Below are positions 27,124 through 37,913 of a stretch of DNA of 64,000 nt, in pieces. Below the pieces are notes generated by a model that saw nothing but the letters and a program-made list of their open reading frames with translations, was not told the origin of the DNA and did not search any database. The position numbers and the translations under genes were made by a program. Source of the DNA: Candidatus Zixiibacteriota bacterium (lineage in GTDB: Bacteria > Zixibacteria > MSB-5A5 > UBA10806 > 4484-95); the NCBI GenBank assembly GCA_037441845.1, contig JBBIRK010000001.1, forward strand, positions 160,001-224,000, written 5' to 3'. Numbering within the stretch: position 1 is the first letter of the stretch; each line of letters starts with the position of its first letter.

Positions 27124-28088
27124 TTAATTTCTTTCTTGGTGAAACCGGCCGGCACTTCGAATTTGCCCTCGTCGATCGGTTTCGAATCGATCGATTTCAG
27201 ATCGGTGGTGACGGACAACAGGGTCGCTCTTCCCGAATCAGAACTCTTGTCCTTATTGGACTTGCCGCCGAGCTTGCCGAGTTTACCCAAAATTTGGGCA
27301 GGCGCGCCCTGCTCCGGATTTTCGAGATCCTCGTCCGTATCCGCCTGCTTTTCACCCTTGGCGCTTGAACTTTCGATCAGCACGGTCGAGCGAACGGGGA
27401 AACCGTCCTCTTCTTTCAATTTATTCATGAGCTCGTTGAATTGACCGCGATACGCGCCGACAAAAGCCTGGAGTCCTTTCTGCATCGCCGATTCATCGAG
27501 CCCGATCGCGTTCATGTAATTTTTCATAAAAATATTGTACTCTTCGATACCGGCGATCCCCTTGCTGTTCCAGTTTTTGATATTGATGATTATGGTATCG
27601 GAGGGCGCCTTTTTATTTACCCCGACCGCCTTTCCCTCGATCAGACGGCAATCGAAACCATTGATTTTTTCATTGCCGGCGCCGGTCTTGACCTCGACTT
27701 TCCACTGATAATCGGTCTCCTCGCCCAGCTGTGGATCGCTACCCTTACCCAGAGATTGTTCGAGCATCTGTTTGAACTTGGCGAAGGTCATTTCGCTGTA
27801 TTTTTTCTCATCCGGTTCGATATCCCAGATAAGCTGTCTGTCCAGCCTGGTTATAGTGCTATGGCGCATGGATTTCCCGCCCGTAGTCATTTTCATCAGC
27901 CCGCTGGTGAAAGCGGTTTCCGTCTCGTCGCAGCTGCGATCGCCTTTAATGTATTGAGTCTCGGTTGATTTGGTCGAACCGATCCCCATCAAATTATCGA
28001 TCGTGGTTTCTCGTTTCAAAGTAACGTCGGCGTTAGTCGCCAGTGGCAAAGCAATGATAAGACAAGCGCAAAAAATCAAACTTCTCAT
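27120..28088 (-). CDS. Exported protein, DUF4412-like
   Basis: AGGAGG RBS; signal peptide; TQYIKG, ITRLDRQLIW...KKYSEM, EKINGFDC, GFPVRS, FEVPAGF. Confidence 0.6.
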   Translation of the reverse strand: MRSLIFCACLIIALPLATNADVTLKRETTIDNLMGIGSTKSTETQYIKGDRSCDETETAFTSGLMKMTTGGKSMRHSTITRLDRQLIWDIEPDEKKYSEMTFAKFKQMLEQSLGKGSDPQLGEETDYQWKVEVKTGAGNEKINGFDCRLIEGKAVGVNKKAPSDTIIINIKNWNSKGIAGIEEYNIFMKNYMNAIGLDESAMQKGLQAFVGAYRGQFNELMNKLKEEDGFPVRSTVLIESSSAKGEKQADTDEDLENPEQGAPAQILGKLGKLGGKSNKDKSSDSGRATLLSVTTDLKSIDSKPIDEGKFEVPAGFTKKEIK

Positions 28089-28154
28089 AACTCCTCCTTT
28101 TCCACCAAATCATACAAAATCGAACATGGCCTTTCAAGAAGATAATTCTCGGTA

Positions 28155-28901
28155 TCAACGCCAGATTTTGAACTCGCGCCAATGTCCGGTTCCCCCCTGC
28201 CCTCGGCAAGAAGTGCTTTTTCCATTCGCTATCGGATGGAGCGTGATCAAGCCGAAACCGGTTTGCAGCGATTCTATTGCGATCGGAACATCTTTTGCGG
28301 TATAAACCAGAGCTCCGTCAACGAAGTATCTTGTCGAATTTTGCTTTCGGCTATATACTATCGTGCACTCGATCTCATCATCCGGCCGAATCGGTCGGTC
28401 TATCGGGATCACCTCGGTGAAAGCCTGTTCCTGAGTAGTCATTCCCGGAACAAGCAATCGTTCATAAATCACCCACAAGCGATGTCCATTGCTGATAATA
28501 TCGAACACCATCGCCGAATTGAAATCGAGAACGTTAAATGCAGCAAAACCATCGCGATAGTCATTCTTATCGCCCCCTCTTATTTCCGCCTTCATCCTGC
28601 ACGAGAAACCGATGAGGCCTTGTCTATTGGGCGAATAAGAAGCTTTCGTGAGGATAAGGTATTTGGGATTGTCGAAAATCTGGACCTGATCGTGCGATAA
28701 CGAGAATCGAGGAATTTCAATCGTAAATCCACCACTTGTTGCATTGAGAACGGCGTTCCCGTCCTCATATCTCCAAAAACGACCATCGCCCAGAGGCATA
28801 GCGGCGACCTGCCAGATAATCGAATCGAGGGCTTTTCCATCAATTAATTGAAGCTGTTCGGGATTCATTCCCGTTAAGACCGTTTGCTGATGGTTCTCCA
28901 T
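28155..28901 (-). CDS. Hypothetical protein, possibly DUF6081 family
   Basis: 248-aa ORF; HDQVQIFDNPKYL, AFNVLDF..AMVFD, IYERL, GQGG resemble this family from memory. Confidence 0.5.
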   Translation of the reverse strand: MENHQQTVLTGMNPEQLQLIDGKALDSIIWQVAAMPLGDGRFWRYEDGNAVLNATSGGFTIEIPRFSLSHDQVQIFDNPKYLILTKASYSPNRQGLIGFSCRMKAEIRGGDKNDYRDGFAAFNVLDFNSAMVFDIISNGHRLWVIYERLLVPGMTTQEQAFTEVIPIDRPIRPDDEIECTIVYSRKQNSTRYFVDGALVYTAKDVPIAIESLQTGFGLITLHPIANGKSTSCRGQGGTGHWREFKIWR

Positions 28902-29057
28902 CGGTTTTCCCTTTCATATTAAATTGGTCGATATCAAAATGTAAAACCACGAACTGCTGAAAAAGGTTCGTCCCTTCGGCGATAAAGAAATCATTTGACC
29001 GCCCGCTTCCACGTTCGTTAATTGGCAACAATAGAAAATTTAAGGGACGAAATCGAA

Positions 29058-30473
29058 ATGGATTATAACAAACTTAACCAATCCCATATAAATCAACTGA
29101 AATCGATAGTCGGAGACAAGAACGTCGTTATCGAACGGTTCGAACTCGAAAATTACGCCCACGATGAGACAGAAGACTTGATATTCTATCCCGATGCGGC
29201 GGTGAAACCATCCGACGTTGAGCAAATTTCGCAGGTTCTGCGGTTTTGCCACGACAACAACATTCCGGTTACGCCGCGAGGCGCGGGAACCGGTCTTTCG
29301 GGAGGGGCATTGCCGGTATACGGTGGAGTCTTGCTTTCGCTTGAACGATTGAATAAAATCAAAGAAATCGATATCGACAATATGATGGTTACAGTAGAAT
29401 CGGGCGTGATCACCAAGACGCTGCAGGACGAACTGGAAAAGATCGATCTGTTCTATCCTGTGGATCCGGCATCGCGCGACTCCTCTTTCATCGGCGGTAA
29501 CGTAGCCGAAAACTCCGGCGGGCCGCGCGCGGTCAAATACGGCGTCACCAAGGATTACGTTTACGGTCTCAAGGGCGTCCTGGCGGACGGCCGGATCTTC
29601 TCCAGCGGCGGCAAATTGCTGAAAAATGTAACCGGATTCAACCTTACCGGACTGCTTGTCGGTTCGGAGGGCACGCTGGCGGTGATCACCGAGATCACGC
29701 TGAAAATAATCCCGAAACCCGCTTTCAAGCAGACGATGCTGGCGCCTTTCGATTCTCTCGATTCGGCCGCCTCGAGCTTGACCAAGATATTTACCAACAA
29801 GATCATCCCTTCCGCGGCGGAATTCATGGAGAAGGCGGCGATCAAAGCGGCTGAGGCGAAATTCGAGAAAAAGTTCCCTTACTCCGATTCGGAGGCGCTG
29901 CTATTGATCGAAATCGACGGCAACAATCAAAATATTCTGACCGAACAGGCGGAAAAGATCGGTGAAATATGCATTCAAGGGGGCGCCGCCGATGTCTATA
30001 TCGCGGAAAATCCGGAAAAGCAGGCATTTCTGTGGGACATGCGCCGCAAAATCGGCGAGGCGGTCAAGTCGATCGCGCCATATAAGGAGGAAGACACGGT
30101 AGTTCCCCGAGCCAGGTTGCCTCAATTGATCAGCAGAATAAAAGAGATCAGCCGAAAATACGGCCTGACCACGATCAGTTACGGTCATGCCGGCGACGGC
30201 AACATTCATTGCAACATAATCAAGAAGGATATAAGCGAGGATCGTTGGAATAATGAGGTTCCTCGGGCGGTGGCTGAGCTTTTTACGGAGGTGGTCAAGT
30301 TGGGAGGATCGATTTCCGGCGAACATGGAATAGGGTGGGTGCAAAAGCGGTATTTGCCCCTGGCTCTTTCCGAAGTTGAGATCGAATTGATGCGGGGCAT
30401 CAAATCGGTTTTCGATCCCAAGGGGATTCTGAATCCGGGAAAGCTGTTTCCGGATCCTGAAGCCCGGAGATAA
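29058..30473 (+). CDS. FAD-linked oxidase, GlcD/D-lactate dehydrogenase family
   Basis: PRGAGTGLSGG, IGGNVAENSGG, GSEGTL, HAGDGNIH, SGEHGIG, LNPGK. Confidence 0.93.
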   Translation: MDYNKLNQSHINQLKSIVGDKNVVIERFELENYAHDETEDLIFYPDAAVKPSDVEQISQVLRFCHDNNIPVTPRGAGTGLSGGALPVYGGVLLSLERLNKIKEIDIDNMMVTVESGVITKTLQDELEKIDLFYPVDPASRDSSFIGGNVAENSGGPRAVKYGVTKDYVYGLKGVLADGRIFSSGGKLLKNVTGFNLTGLLVGSEGTLAVITEITLKIIPKPAFKQTMLAPFDSLDSAASSLTKIFTNKIIPSAAEFMEKAAIKAAEAKFEKKFPYSDSEALLLIEIDGNNQNILTEQAEKIGEICIQGGAADVYIAENPEKQAFLWDMRRKIGEAVKSIAPYKEEDTVVPRARLPQLISRIKEISRKYGLTTISYGHAGDGNIHCNIIKKDISEDRWNNEVPRAVAELFTEVVKLGGSISGEHGIGWVQKRYLPLALSEVEIELMRGIKSVFDPKGILNPGKLFPDPEARR

Positions 30474-30522
30474 TGTCGGCCGGACCTATTCGTTAATCAG
30501 GCTTGTCTTGCGCATATCGCTT

Positions 30523-33500
30523 ATGTCGATACAAGACGACAAAAAGAATTCCCCCGAACAGAAAACAGCGATCGAATATACCGACGGCCCGCAGATAATA
30601 CTGGCCGGGCCCGGTTCCGGCAAAACGAGAGTGATCGTCGAAAAGACCGCCTATCTGATCGAGCGAAAAGGTTATTCCCCCGAGGAATTGCTCGTCTTGA
30701 CCTACTCGAATAATACCGCCGACGAACTGAATCAGAGAATCCGCGCCCGCCAAAAAGAACGTCCGCTTTCGGAGGCGATGACTTTTCATGCTTTCGGTCA
30801 GAAAATAATTCAGCGCTATTTCGGCGAATTCGGATTCCCTGAACCACCCGAGGTGGCCGGCGATTATCAACAGTATCGATTGATGAGGCAAGCCTATTTC
30901 AAGGCCGCCCCGATCCCGCCCGGTTTGACCAATCCCGATAACGTCATTTACGACCTCGTTAGTTTCGTTTCGAGGGCGCAGGACGAGTTGGCTGAACCCG
31001 GCGATATCAGCAGGTTCGTGGAAAAAAAGCGGGTCGAAATCGAATCGATCGACGACGACGACCTACGGGCGGATATGTTACGGCAACTTGACGATTGGCG
31101 ATTCGCCGGAACGTTTTACGAAATATATCAGGCGCTCAAGAAAGAAAACAACCTGATCGACTACGGCGACATGCTTGCCGGAACATATCGTTTACTCAAA
31201 TCTTTTCCCGATATCCTGGCCATCATGCGCAATAGATACAAATATATCCTCGTCGATGAATTTCAGGACGCCAATTCGGGGCAGGTCGAGGTCGTGGCAT
31301 TGCTCGGGGAAAAATCCGGCAAGGTGTGCGTGGTGGGCGATGACGATCAATCGATTTATCGATTCCGCGGGGCCAGCTACGGCAGTTTCGTGAATTTCAA
31401 AAACAAGTTCCCGAGAGCGGTCACCCACCGGTTAAGCATAAATTTCCGAAGCACGCCACATATCGTCGAGACGTCGCAAGCGCTGATTTCTTATAAAACG
31501 CAGGAAAGGTTCGACCGATCGAAAAAAATCGTTTCGAACAAAAAACGAGGTCACCGAGTAGGGATAATGATTTCCGCCGGCCAACCGGCTGAGGCGCAGG
31601 CGGTAAAGGAACTGATTCTTTCGCTTCTGGCAGAAAAAGAGGCGGACGGACCTGACGAAATCGCGGTGATATCGCGCACCCATGAGCATCGTCGGCTAAT
31701 ACGCCGCGCTTTAGCCGAGGCAGGTATCCCCTTTTCGGATCAGCGCCCCTTGCCGGTTTTCGCTGTGCCAGAGGCTTATCTGGTCGTGTCCCTGGTGAGA
31801 GCCGCTCTTAAAGATACTCGGCCTGACCTGATTTTCCCGATATTGACCAGATATTGCCCGAATTTGAGTCCTATTGACTATGCGGAAATAGGCAAGGTTC
31901 TCCAGGAGCATCCACCGTTCGATGCGTTGAGGATAATCGCTGAATCGGAAATTCTTTCGGAAACCGATCGCGCCGCGCTCAAAATGATCTATTCGGCTGT
32001 AGAAAAAGCATCCCTTGCGGCTGAATCGAGTCCGGAATCCCTGGCGGCGTCGATAATCGAAAATTCGGGCATCATGAAAGGAGCGGTTCTATCCGGTCCG
32101 AGCGGGGAGACAGCGGCTCTGGCTTTAACCTCGCTCTGGTCCGCGATCGCCGAATACGAAGAAGCCGGCGGTGATTTGCGCGGTCTTTCGGATTTTCTCG
32201 ATTGGGCGGAGACCAACGAATCGATTCAGGTCGATTCGGTAGGATCGAGCGGGGTGCGTTTGATGACCGCCCATGCGGCCAAGGGTCTCGAGTTTCCGTT
32301 CGTGATTGTTGTCGGCCTATCCGAAACGAGATTCCCTCAGAAAGCAAAATCACCCAGATTCGAGTTTCCCCAGGAATTGTCCAAGGAAATAAAACCTCCG
32401 GCGGATGCGCATTTCCAGGAGGAGCGACGGTTGCTATACGTGGCCATAACGCGGGCCTCCCGACGACTTTTTCTTTCGGGGATCGAACAGCCGCGCCTGG
32501 GACTTTCCCGGTTTGTAAATGAAATTATCGCAAGCGCAGCTCCTCACATTTACGGATTGAAGACGGAGGCGCCACCGCCAAAAATCGACGAATTTCAACA
32601 TGAGGATTCGGTGGAAATGGAAAAACCGAATTCGACAAGCAGCTTGAGCGAGACGATCGCCATGCTCGAAAAGGCCGATGACCGATTTTTGGGCGATGGA
32701 ATTGTGCTGCTCCTTGAAAAATTATGGAGGGCGAGAGCCGGCGCGGGGCTTGCCGATGACCCCGAGGAGTTTCGGCAGGTGGTACTGCAATCGATCGCCC
32801 GTTGTCGGCTGGAACCATCTTCCCCCTATCGAGCATTCGAGACTCAATCCCGACCGAAACTTTCTTATACGGATCTGAAGACTTATGAGAGATGCCCGCT
32901 GCAATACAAGTTCAAAAAGATTTATAAAATTCCCGAAAAAATACTGCCTTACTTGCACCTCGGCGACGCCATTCATCGAACCCTTTTCGAGGCGATGGCC
33001 GTTTCGAAAAACAGCAAATCCATACGATTCGAAGATCTCGAAAAGTCGTTTTTGCTCAAATGGCAGGGGTATCGCAGCTCCGATAGGGCATGGATGGAAA
33101 GCCTGAAAAATGCGGGTTTGCTGATGCTGAAAAACTTCGTCGATGTGGAAAAAACCCGGGAAACGGTTCCGCTTGATCTCGAGAAAAGGTTCAAGTTGGA
33201 GATGGAAAACTGCCAGCTCACCGGGCAAATAGATCGGATCGATACCGACGAAAAAGGCGAGCTGTATTTGATCGATTACAAGACGGGAAAGATCGGAGCT
33301 ACGGATAAATCATTTGAGGCGGATGACGATCAACTTGCAATTTACGCTCTCGCCTGTGCCGAAATTTACGGGGGCAAAAGTCCGAAATCGGCAAGTCTGT
33401 ATTTTCTGGCCGAAAACCGCGAAATCAGTCAAACTTTATCGGCTAAACGAATCGATCGAGTCAAAAGCAAAGTGCTGGATACCGCGGCCAAGATCGCTGC

Positions 33501-33579
33501 AGGCGAATTCCCGCCGAAACCGAATTCGTACGAATGCGGTCGCTGTTCTTATAAAAATATCTGCCCTCACAAAATATAA
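30523..33579 (+). CDS. UvrD/PcrA-type SF1 helicase fused to a C-terminal PD-(D/E)XK nuclease (AdnA/AdnB-like architecture)
   Basis: AGPGSGKT, VDEFQD, VGDDDQSIYRFRGA, NFRS, TAHAAKGLEF, EERRLLYVAITRA; GQIDRID..IDYKTG; cysteines in ERCP and CGRCSYKNICP. Confidence 0.92.
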   Translation: MSIQDDKKNSPEQKTAIEYTDGPQIILAGPGSGKTRVIVEKTAYLIERKGYSPEELLVLTYSNNTADELNQRIRARQKERPLSEAMTFHAFGQKIIQRYFGEFGFPEPPEVAGDYQQYRLMRQAYFKAAPIPPGLTNPDNVIYDLVSFVSRAQDELAEPGDISRFVEKKRVEIESIDDDDLRADMLRQLDDWRFAGTFYEIYQALKKENNLIDYGDMLAGTYRLLKSFPDILAIMRNRYKYILVDEFQDANSGQVEVVALLGEKSGKVCVVGDDDQSIYRFRGASYGSFVNFKNKFPRAVTHRLSINFRSTPHIVETSQALISYKTQERFDRSKKIVSNKKRGHRVGIMISAGQPAEAQAVKELILSLLAEKEADGPDEIAVISRTHEHRRLIRRALAEAGIPFSDQRPLPVFAVPEAYLVVSLVRAALKDTRPDLIFPILTRYCPNLSPIDYAEIGKVLQEHPPFDALRIIAESEILSETDRAALKMIYSAVEKASLAAESSPESLAASIIENSGIMKGAVLSGPSGETAALALTSLWSAIAEYEEAGGDLRGLSDFLDWAETNESIQVDSVGSSGVRLMTAHAAKGLEFPFVIVVGLSETRFPQKAKSPRFEFPQELSKEIKPPADAHFQEERRLLYVAITRASRRLFLSGIEQPRLGLSRFVNEIIASAAPHIYGLKTEAPPPKIDEFQHEDSVEMEKPNSTSSLSETIAMLEKADDRFLGDGIVLLLEKLWRARAGAGLADDPEEFRQVVLQSIARCRLEPSSPYRAFETQSRPKLSYTDLKTYERCPLQYKFKKIYKIPEKILPYLHLGDAIHRTLFEAMAVSKNSKSIRFEDLEKSFLLKWQGYRSSDRAWMESLKNAGLLMLKNFVDVEKTRETVPLDLEKRFKLEMENCQLTGQIDRIDTDEKGELYLIDYKTGKIGATDKSFEADDDQLAIYALACAEIYGGKSPKSASLYFLAENREISQTLSAKRIDRVKSKVLDTAAKIAAGEFPPKPNSYECGRCSYKNICPHKI

Positions 33580-33764
33580 ATCGCAGTAATCGCCTTTGTC
33601 AGAATGCTTATCGATTCGATTGTCGATTACCGATGCGTAAGTTCGGGTAAGGCGATAGGATCGAGAGTGGAGGATCTCCGAAGGGAGTGAAATCGCCAAA
33701 CAGATTCATGGCGGACTTATCCGCAACCACCATGAAGTCCGTTTACCTTTTGGTCAGTTACCCC

Positions 33765-35012
33765 TCAAGAACTCATCGATTCGAGGAATTTGGCGTTGGT
33801 TTTGGTTTTCAGGATTCGATCGAGCAGAAATTCCATGGCGTCCACCGGGCTCATTTCATTGAGGAATTTGCGCAAAATCCAGACGCGATTCAATTCTTCG
33901 GCCGACAGCAGCAATTCTTCTTTACGCGTGCCGGATCGATTGATATCGATCGCCGGGAAAATCCGTCGATCCGACAACCTGCGATCGAGGACTATCTCCA
34001 TATTGCCGGTGCCTTTGAATTCCTCGAAAATCACATCGTCCATACGGGAGCCGGTCTCGATCAGGGCGGTGGCGATTATGGTCAGCGACCCTCCCTCTTC
34101 TATATTGCGGGCGGCACCGAAAAAACGTTTCGGTTTCTGAAGAGCATTGGAATCGACGCCGCCGGAAAGAATTTTGCCGGAATGCGGAACGACCGAATTA
34201 TAAGCCCGTGCCAGCCGCGTGATGGAATCGAGCAGGATGCAGACATCTTTTTTGTGTTCGACCAGCCGCTTGGCTTTTTCGATCACCATCTCGGCCACCG
34301 CCACGTGTCGGTCGGCCGGTTCGTCGAAAGTCGAGGAAATGACCTCCGCTTTCACGGTGCGCTCCATATCGGTCACTTCCTCGGGGCGCTCGTCGATGAG
34401 CAAGACTATCAATTTCACCTCAGGGTGATTGGCGGTAATGGAATTGGCGATTTTCTGAAGGATGATCGTCTTGCCGGCCTTGGGAGGCGAGGTTATCAGG
34501 CCGCGCTGGCCTTTGCCCACCGGCGTCAGCAGGTCCATGATTCTGGTCGTGGGGTCTTTGGGATCAAGCTCCAATTTCAATTTTTGCTGGGGATACAGCG
34601 GAGTAAGATTATCGAAAAGAATTTTATGCTTGGCGACCTCAGGATTCTCGAAATTGACCGCCTCGATTTTTAACAGCGCAAAATAACGTTCGGTCTCTTT
34701 GGGCGGACGAACTTGACCCGAAATCGTATCGCCCGTGCGTAAGTCGAACTTCTTTATCTGAGAAGGACTGACATAAATATCGTCGGGCCCGGGAAGGTAG
34801 TTATAATCGGGGCTGCGCAAAAAACCATACCCTTCGGAAAGAACCTCAAGAACTCCTTCGGCGAAAATCAAGCCGTCCTGCTCGGTTTGCGCCTCCAGGA
34901 TTTTGAAAATCAACTCTGATTTTTTTAGACCCGATATTCCGGGAATTTGGAGCTGTTCGGCGAGATCGCTCAGTTCGTTAATGGTTTTGGATTTCAACTC
35001 GACAATATCCAT
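33765..35012 (-). CDS. rho: Transcription termination factor Rho
   Basis: [61 protein letters not shown]. Confidence 0.99.
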   Translation of the reverse strand: MDIVELKSKTINELSDLAEQLQIPGISGLKKSELIFKILEAQTEQDGLIFAEGVLEVLSEGYGFLRSPDYNYLPGPDDIYVSPSQIKKFDLRTGDTISGQVRPPKETERYFALLKIEAVNFENPEVAKHKILFDNLTPLYPQQKLKLELDPKDPTTRIMDLLTPVGKGQRGLITSPPKAGKTIILQKIANSITANHPEVKLIVLLIDERPEEVTDMERTVKAEVISSTFDEPADRHVAVAEMVIEKAKRLVEHKKDVCILLDSITRLARAYNSVVPHSGKILSGGVDSNALQKPKRFFGAARNIEEGGSLTIIATALIETGSRMDDVIFEEFKGTGNMEIVLDRRLSDRRIFPAIDINRSGTRKEELLLSAEELNRVWILRKFLNEMSPVDAMEFLLDRILKTKTNAKFLESMSS

Positions 35013-35105
35013 AAGCAACTCCTTGAAAATATTTCGTTATCGGCGTAAGTGTCACGGGTGCGTTCCCGTCATGTGACTTTCAAAATGCGGGATATCAGAC
35101 TGCGG

Positions 35106-35447
35106 TCAGCTTATAGTTTCCTTAGGCGCATCTCCCCATAGTTTTTCCAATGCATAGAAGTTCCGCGATTCCGGCTGAAAAATATGAATTACGACGTTCA
35201 CATAATCGAGAAGCACCCAGCTTAAGCCCCTATACCCCTCGACATGCCAGACCCTCGTATTCTTGGATTTAAGAGTATCGACTATATGATCGGCTATCGC
35301 TTTCACGTGGACATCCACCGACCCGGTGCAGACGACGAAATAGCTGGCCACATCGGTGAGTTTGCGCAAATCGAGAATAACTATGTCTTGACCGTTTTTT
35401 TCGAGCGCAAGTTTGGCGGCGGCCAGCGCCAATCTCTTAGGAGTCAA
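35106..35447 (-). CDS. rsfS: Ribosome silencing factor
   Basis: DIVILDL, HVKAIAD, EG...WVLLDY..V.IHIF..R.FYALEKLW. Confidence 0.95.
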   Translation of the reverse strand: MTPKRLALAAAKLALEKNGQDIVILDLRKLTDVASYFVVCTGSVDVHVKAIADHIVDTLKSKNTRVWHVEGYRGLSWVLLDYVNVVIHIFQPESRNFYALEKLWGDAPKETIS

Positions 35448-35958
35448 CCGGGATTTTGCCTTTCTTCAAATTTCCGATAAGGGTCGGATAATCGGCCCCT
35501 ACAATTATGGTTACATCTATATTCAACAGATTTTCCGAGAATTTTTGAATCAAAAAATTATCGGCATCGATTCCCAGAAAATTTTTAACGATAGACGCCT
35601 GGCCCGAATAACCCCCGGATCGGGGATCGCCTTTTCTGTCGAGCACCAGCGTCCGGTCGAAAACGAACATCTCGGCATTTCCCCTATCGATCACGTCGAA
35701 TATGGTTTCAGGCGGCGCCGTAGAAACGATCGCTCTTTCCATCTCTTCGGTTGCGCCATTCGTGCCGCAGCCGTTCAAGATCTGAACCCGAATCCTTTCC
35801 GGCGCCTTGTGGACCTCGACCACCTCGGCCGGCCTCATGGTTATGGAGATCGCGAATGCTGCGATAAAGACGGCGACGAAAATTATGCCCCAGCTTATCA
35901 GGCCCGGGCCTCGTTTATGTTGTTTGGTTTTATTTTTCGAGCGGTTTTTTCGCGGCAT
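35437..35958 (-). CDS. LytR C-terminal domain membrane protein
   Basis: Single TM segment; VQILNGCG..GA, GNA, DVTIIVGADY. Confidence 0.85.
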   Translation of the reverse strand: MPRKNRSKNKTKQHKRGPGLISWGIIFVAVFIAAFAISITMRPAEVVEVHKAPERIRVQILNGCGTNGATEEMERAIVSTAPPETIFDVIDRGNAEMFVFDRTLVLDRKGDPRSGGYSGQASIVKNFLGIDADNFLIQKFSENLLNIDVTIIVGADYPTLIGNLKKGKIPVDS

Positions 35959-35992
35959 CCCGGAAAGATGGGGAAACGATCAGGATCGCCTT

Positions 35993-36439
35993 TCATCGAT
36001 CGCTAAAATTGTCGTCATAATAGAGGCCATTAAAATAAACAGGCGATTGCTGGTAATTCAAACGCAGGAAAAAGTTTTCGCTGGGTTTCCAGGAAAGGGA
36101 AATGCCGGGAAGCAGCTTGCCGTTCTCGAGAGCGGCTACGCCGCTTCTGGCGACCGCCCCGGGTCGGTGAAGATAGCCGAGATTGAGCTGTAATTTGAGC
36201 GGATCGGAAATCTGGTACTCGATCGAGTTCAGATACATGGCAAGGCTTTGGCTTCCGCGCGATGATGATGAATACCATAACGAGTAACTCTGGCGCATCT
36301 TGAGCTTTTCCGGATTGAACAGCGAGAACTTGGACTTGGCGGCGTCGGCGAAATCGCCGGAAATCCCGTTCAGCTGGCCCAAAGCCGAACCGGCAATGAA
36401 TATAACGCTTATGGCTGCCTTCAATAATCTTAACTTCAT
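35993..36439 (-). CDS. Hypothetical exported protein
   Basis: Signal peptide and beta-strand-rich 148-aa ORF in a co-directional gene string. Confidence 0.7.
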   Translation of the reverse strand: MKLRLLKAAISVIFIAGSALGQLNGISGDFADAAKSKFSLFNPEKLKMRQSYSLWYSSSSRGSQSLAMYLNSIEYQISDPLKLQLNLGYLHRPGAVARSGVAALENGKLLPGISLSWKPSENFFLRLNYQQSPVYFNGLYYDDNFSDR

Positions 36440-36516
36440 TCGACGCCCTCGCTTGCTTTACTGATCAGGGAATGATTATAGTGATGAGATTGCACCCTGT
36501 CAATTTATTTTATATA

Positions 36517-37281
36517 TTATACCGGTTCCCCCCTGCGCTGTTCCATTAGAATTCGTTCCATTTCATGCAGCTCCTCAATGGAATTCACACCGAGCCCCTC
36601 ATAAGAATTATCGGCAAGGTATGCGGCCACCTTAAGACCGTCCTTTTTCATTATGGAAATCACATCGGTTAGATAAAATTCACGCTGGGCGTTGTTGTCG
36701 TCAAGGCGGTCGATTACGCTTCGCAGTTTACCGATATCAAAACAGTAAGTGCCCGTATTTATCTCCCTTATCGTTCTGGTCGATTCATCGGCGTCTTTAT
36801 ACTCGACGATTGCGGTCAGCATGCCGTCGCGATCGCGCACGATACGGCCATATTCCTTGGGATCATCGAGAGTCACGGTCAAGACGACCGCCGCCGCATC
36901 GGACTGACGCCGCTTTTGCAATAATCCGTTTATCGTCCGGGAAGAAATCAGCGGCATGTCGCCGTATAGAACAAGCAGGTCCCCTTCGTAATCCGCCAGT
37001 TTCGGCATAGCCATCTGAACCGCATGCCCGGTACCTTTCTGCGGCACCTGAAGCACGAATTCCACCTCAGCGTTTTCCAGTTGCTTTCTTACCAGCTCGT
37101 GCTTGTGGCCGATAACCACCAGGATTCGAGAGATTCCCGCCTCCACAACATTATCGATCACATATTCCACCAGCGCCCGCCCGTTCAGCTTGTGCAAAAC
37201 TTTGGGGAGATCCGATTTCATCCGTTTCCCGAGCCCGGCAGCCAGAATGACAGCTGCGGTTTTATCTTGTCCTATCTTCAT
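36517..37281 (-). CDS. GlmU-like N-acetylglucosamine-1-phosphate uridyltransferase domain only
   Basis: ILAAGLGKRMKSDLPKVLH, GTGHAV, YGD.PL, YGRIVR, EINTG, EFYLTD, GVNS; no hexapeptide-repeat domain. Confidence 0.88.
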   Translation of the reverse strand: MKIGQDKTAAVILAAGLGKRMKSDLPKVLHKLNGRALVEYVIDNVVEAGISRILVVIGHKHELVRKQLENAEVEFVLQVPQKGTGHAVQMAMPKLADYEGDLLVLYGDMPLISSRTINGLLQKRRQSDAAAVVLTVTLDDPKEYGRIVRDRDGMLTAIVEYKDADESTRTIREINTGTYCFDIGKLRSVIDRLDDNNAQREFYLTDVISIMKKDGLKVAAYLADNSYEGLGVNSIEELHEMERILMEQRRGEPV

Positions 37282-37362
37282 ATCGTCGCTTTTAATTTTC
37301 CCGTTGCGTATCTTAAAAGAATCAAATGAATATAACGACTTTGAAGGCGCCCAGGGTTCCGA

Positions 37363-37710
37363 TCATAAGGGTTTGTTTTCGTTATCGACCCTGACGATAA
37401 TCGGCTTGTGCGACCTCATTTCGTCGAGCGTGAGATGGCAATAAGTCATGATTATAATCAGATCCCCTTCGAGCCCTAATCTCGCGGCCGGTCCGTTAAG
37501 GCAGATTTGGCCGGTATTTTCCTCGGCCTCTATGGCGTAGGTCACGAATCTTCCACCGGTATTGAGATTGAGCACCTGAACCTGTTCGTTGACCAGGATT
37601 CGCGCCGCCTCCATCAACTTCCGGTCGATTGCTATCGAGCCTTCATAATCGAGTTCGGTGGCGGTTACGGTGGCTCGATGGATTTTCGATTTAAGCGCGG
37701 TAATCAACAT
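37363..37710 (-). CDS. panD: Aspartate 1-decarboxylase
   Basis: KSKIHRATVT...YEGSIAID, TYAI, LNGPAAR. Confidence 0.97.
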   Translation of the reverse strand: MLITALKSKIHRATVTATELDYEGSIAIDRKLMEAARILVNEQVQVLNLNTGGRFVTYAIEAEENTGQICLNGPAARLGLEGDLIIIMTYCHLTLDEMRSHKPIIVRVDNENKPL

Positions 37711-37913
37711 ATTTCGGAAGATAAAATAAAGCTCCGAAACGGCGTTTTACAAGCGAAATTTTCGCCCGATCGTTGACGAATGACCGTGGCCTTATGTTCC
37801 GGGGGCATAGAACGTAATCGGGGCTTTGGCCGCCGTTTGGGCTTGCCATATTCCATCGCCGGCGATTATATTGATTGAGTTGGGCGATATGGGCATGAAT
37901 CAGGGGATTTTTT

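Noticed and set aside
26350..27444. 364-aa plus-strand ORF
   Set aside because: Antisense to two coupled minus-strand genes that have signal peptides and an RBS; no motifs of its own.
33705..33742. Overlapping inverted repeats 3' of rho (TTCATGG/CCATGAA, GCGGA/TCCGC, GGACTT/AAGTCC) as a possible RNA switch
   Set aside because: They lie between convergent genes with nothing downstream to regulate; most simply a terminator-like structure.
33687..34673. 328-aa plus-strand ORF
   Set aside because: Antisense shadow of rho with no recognisable motifs.
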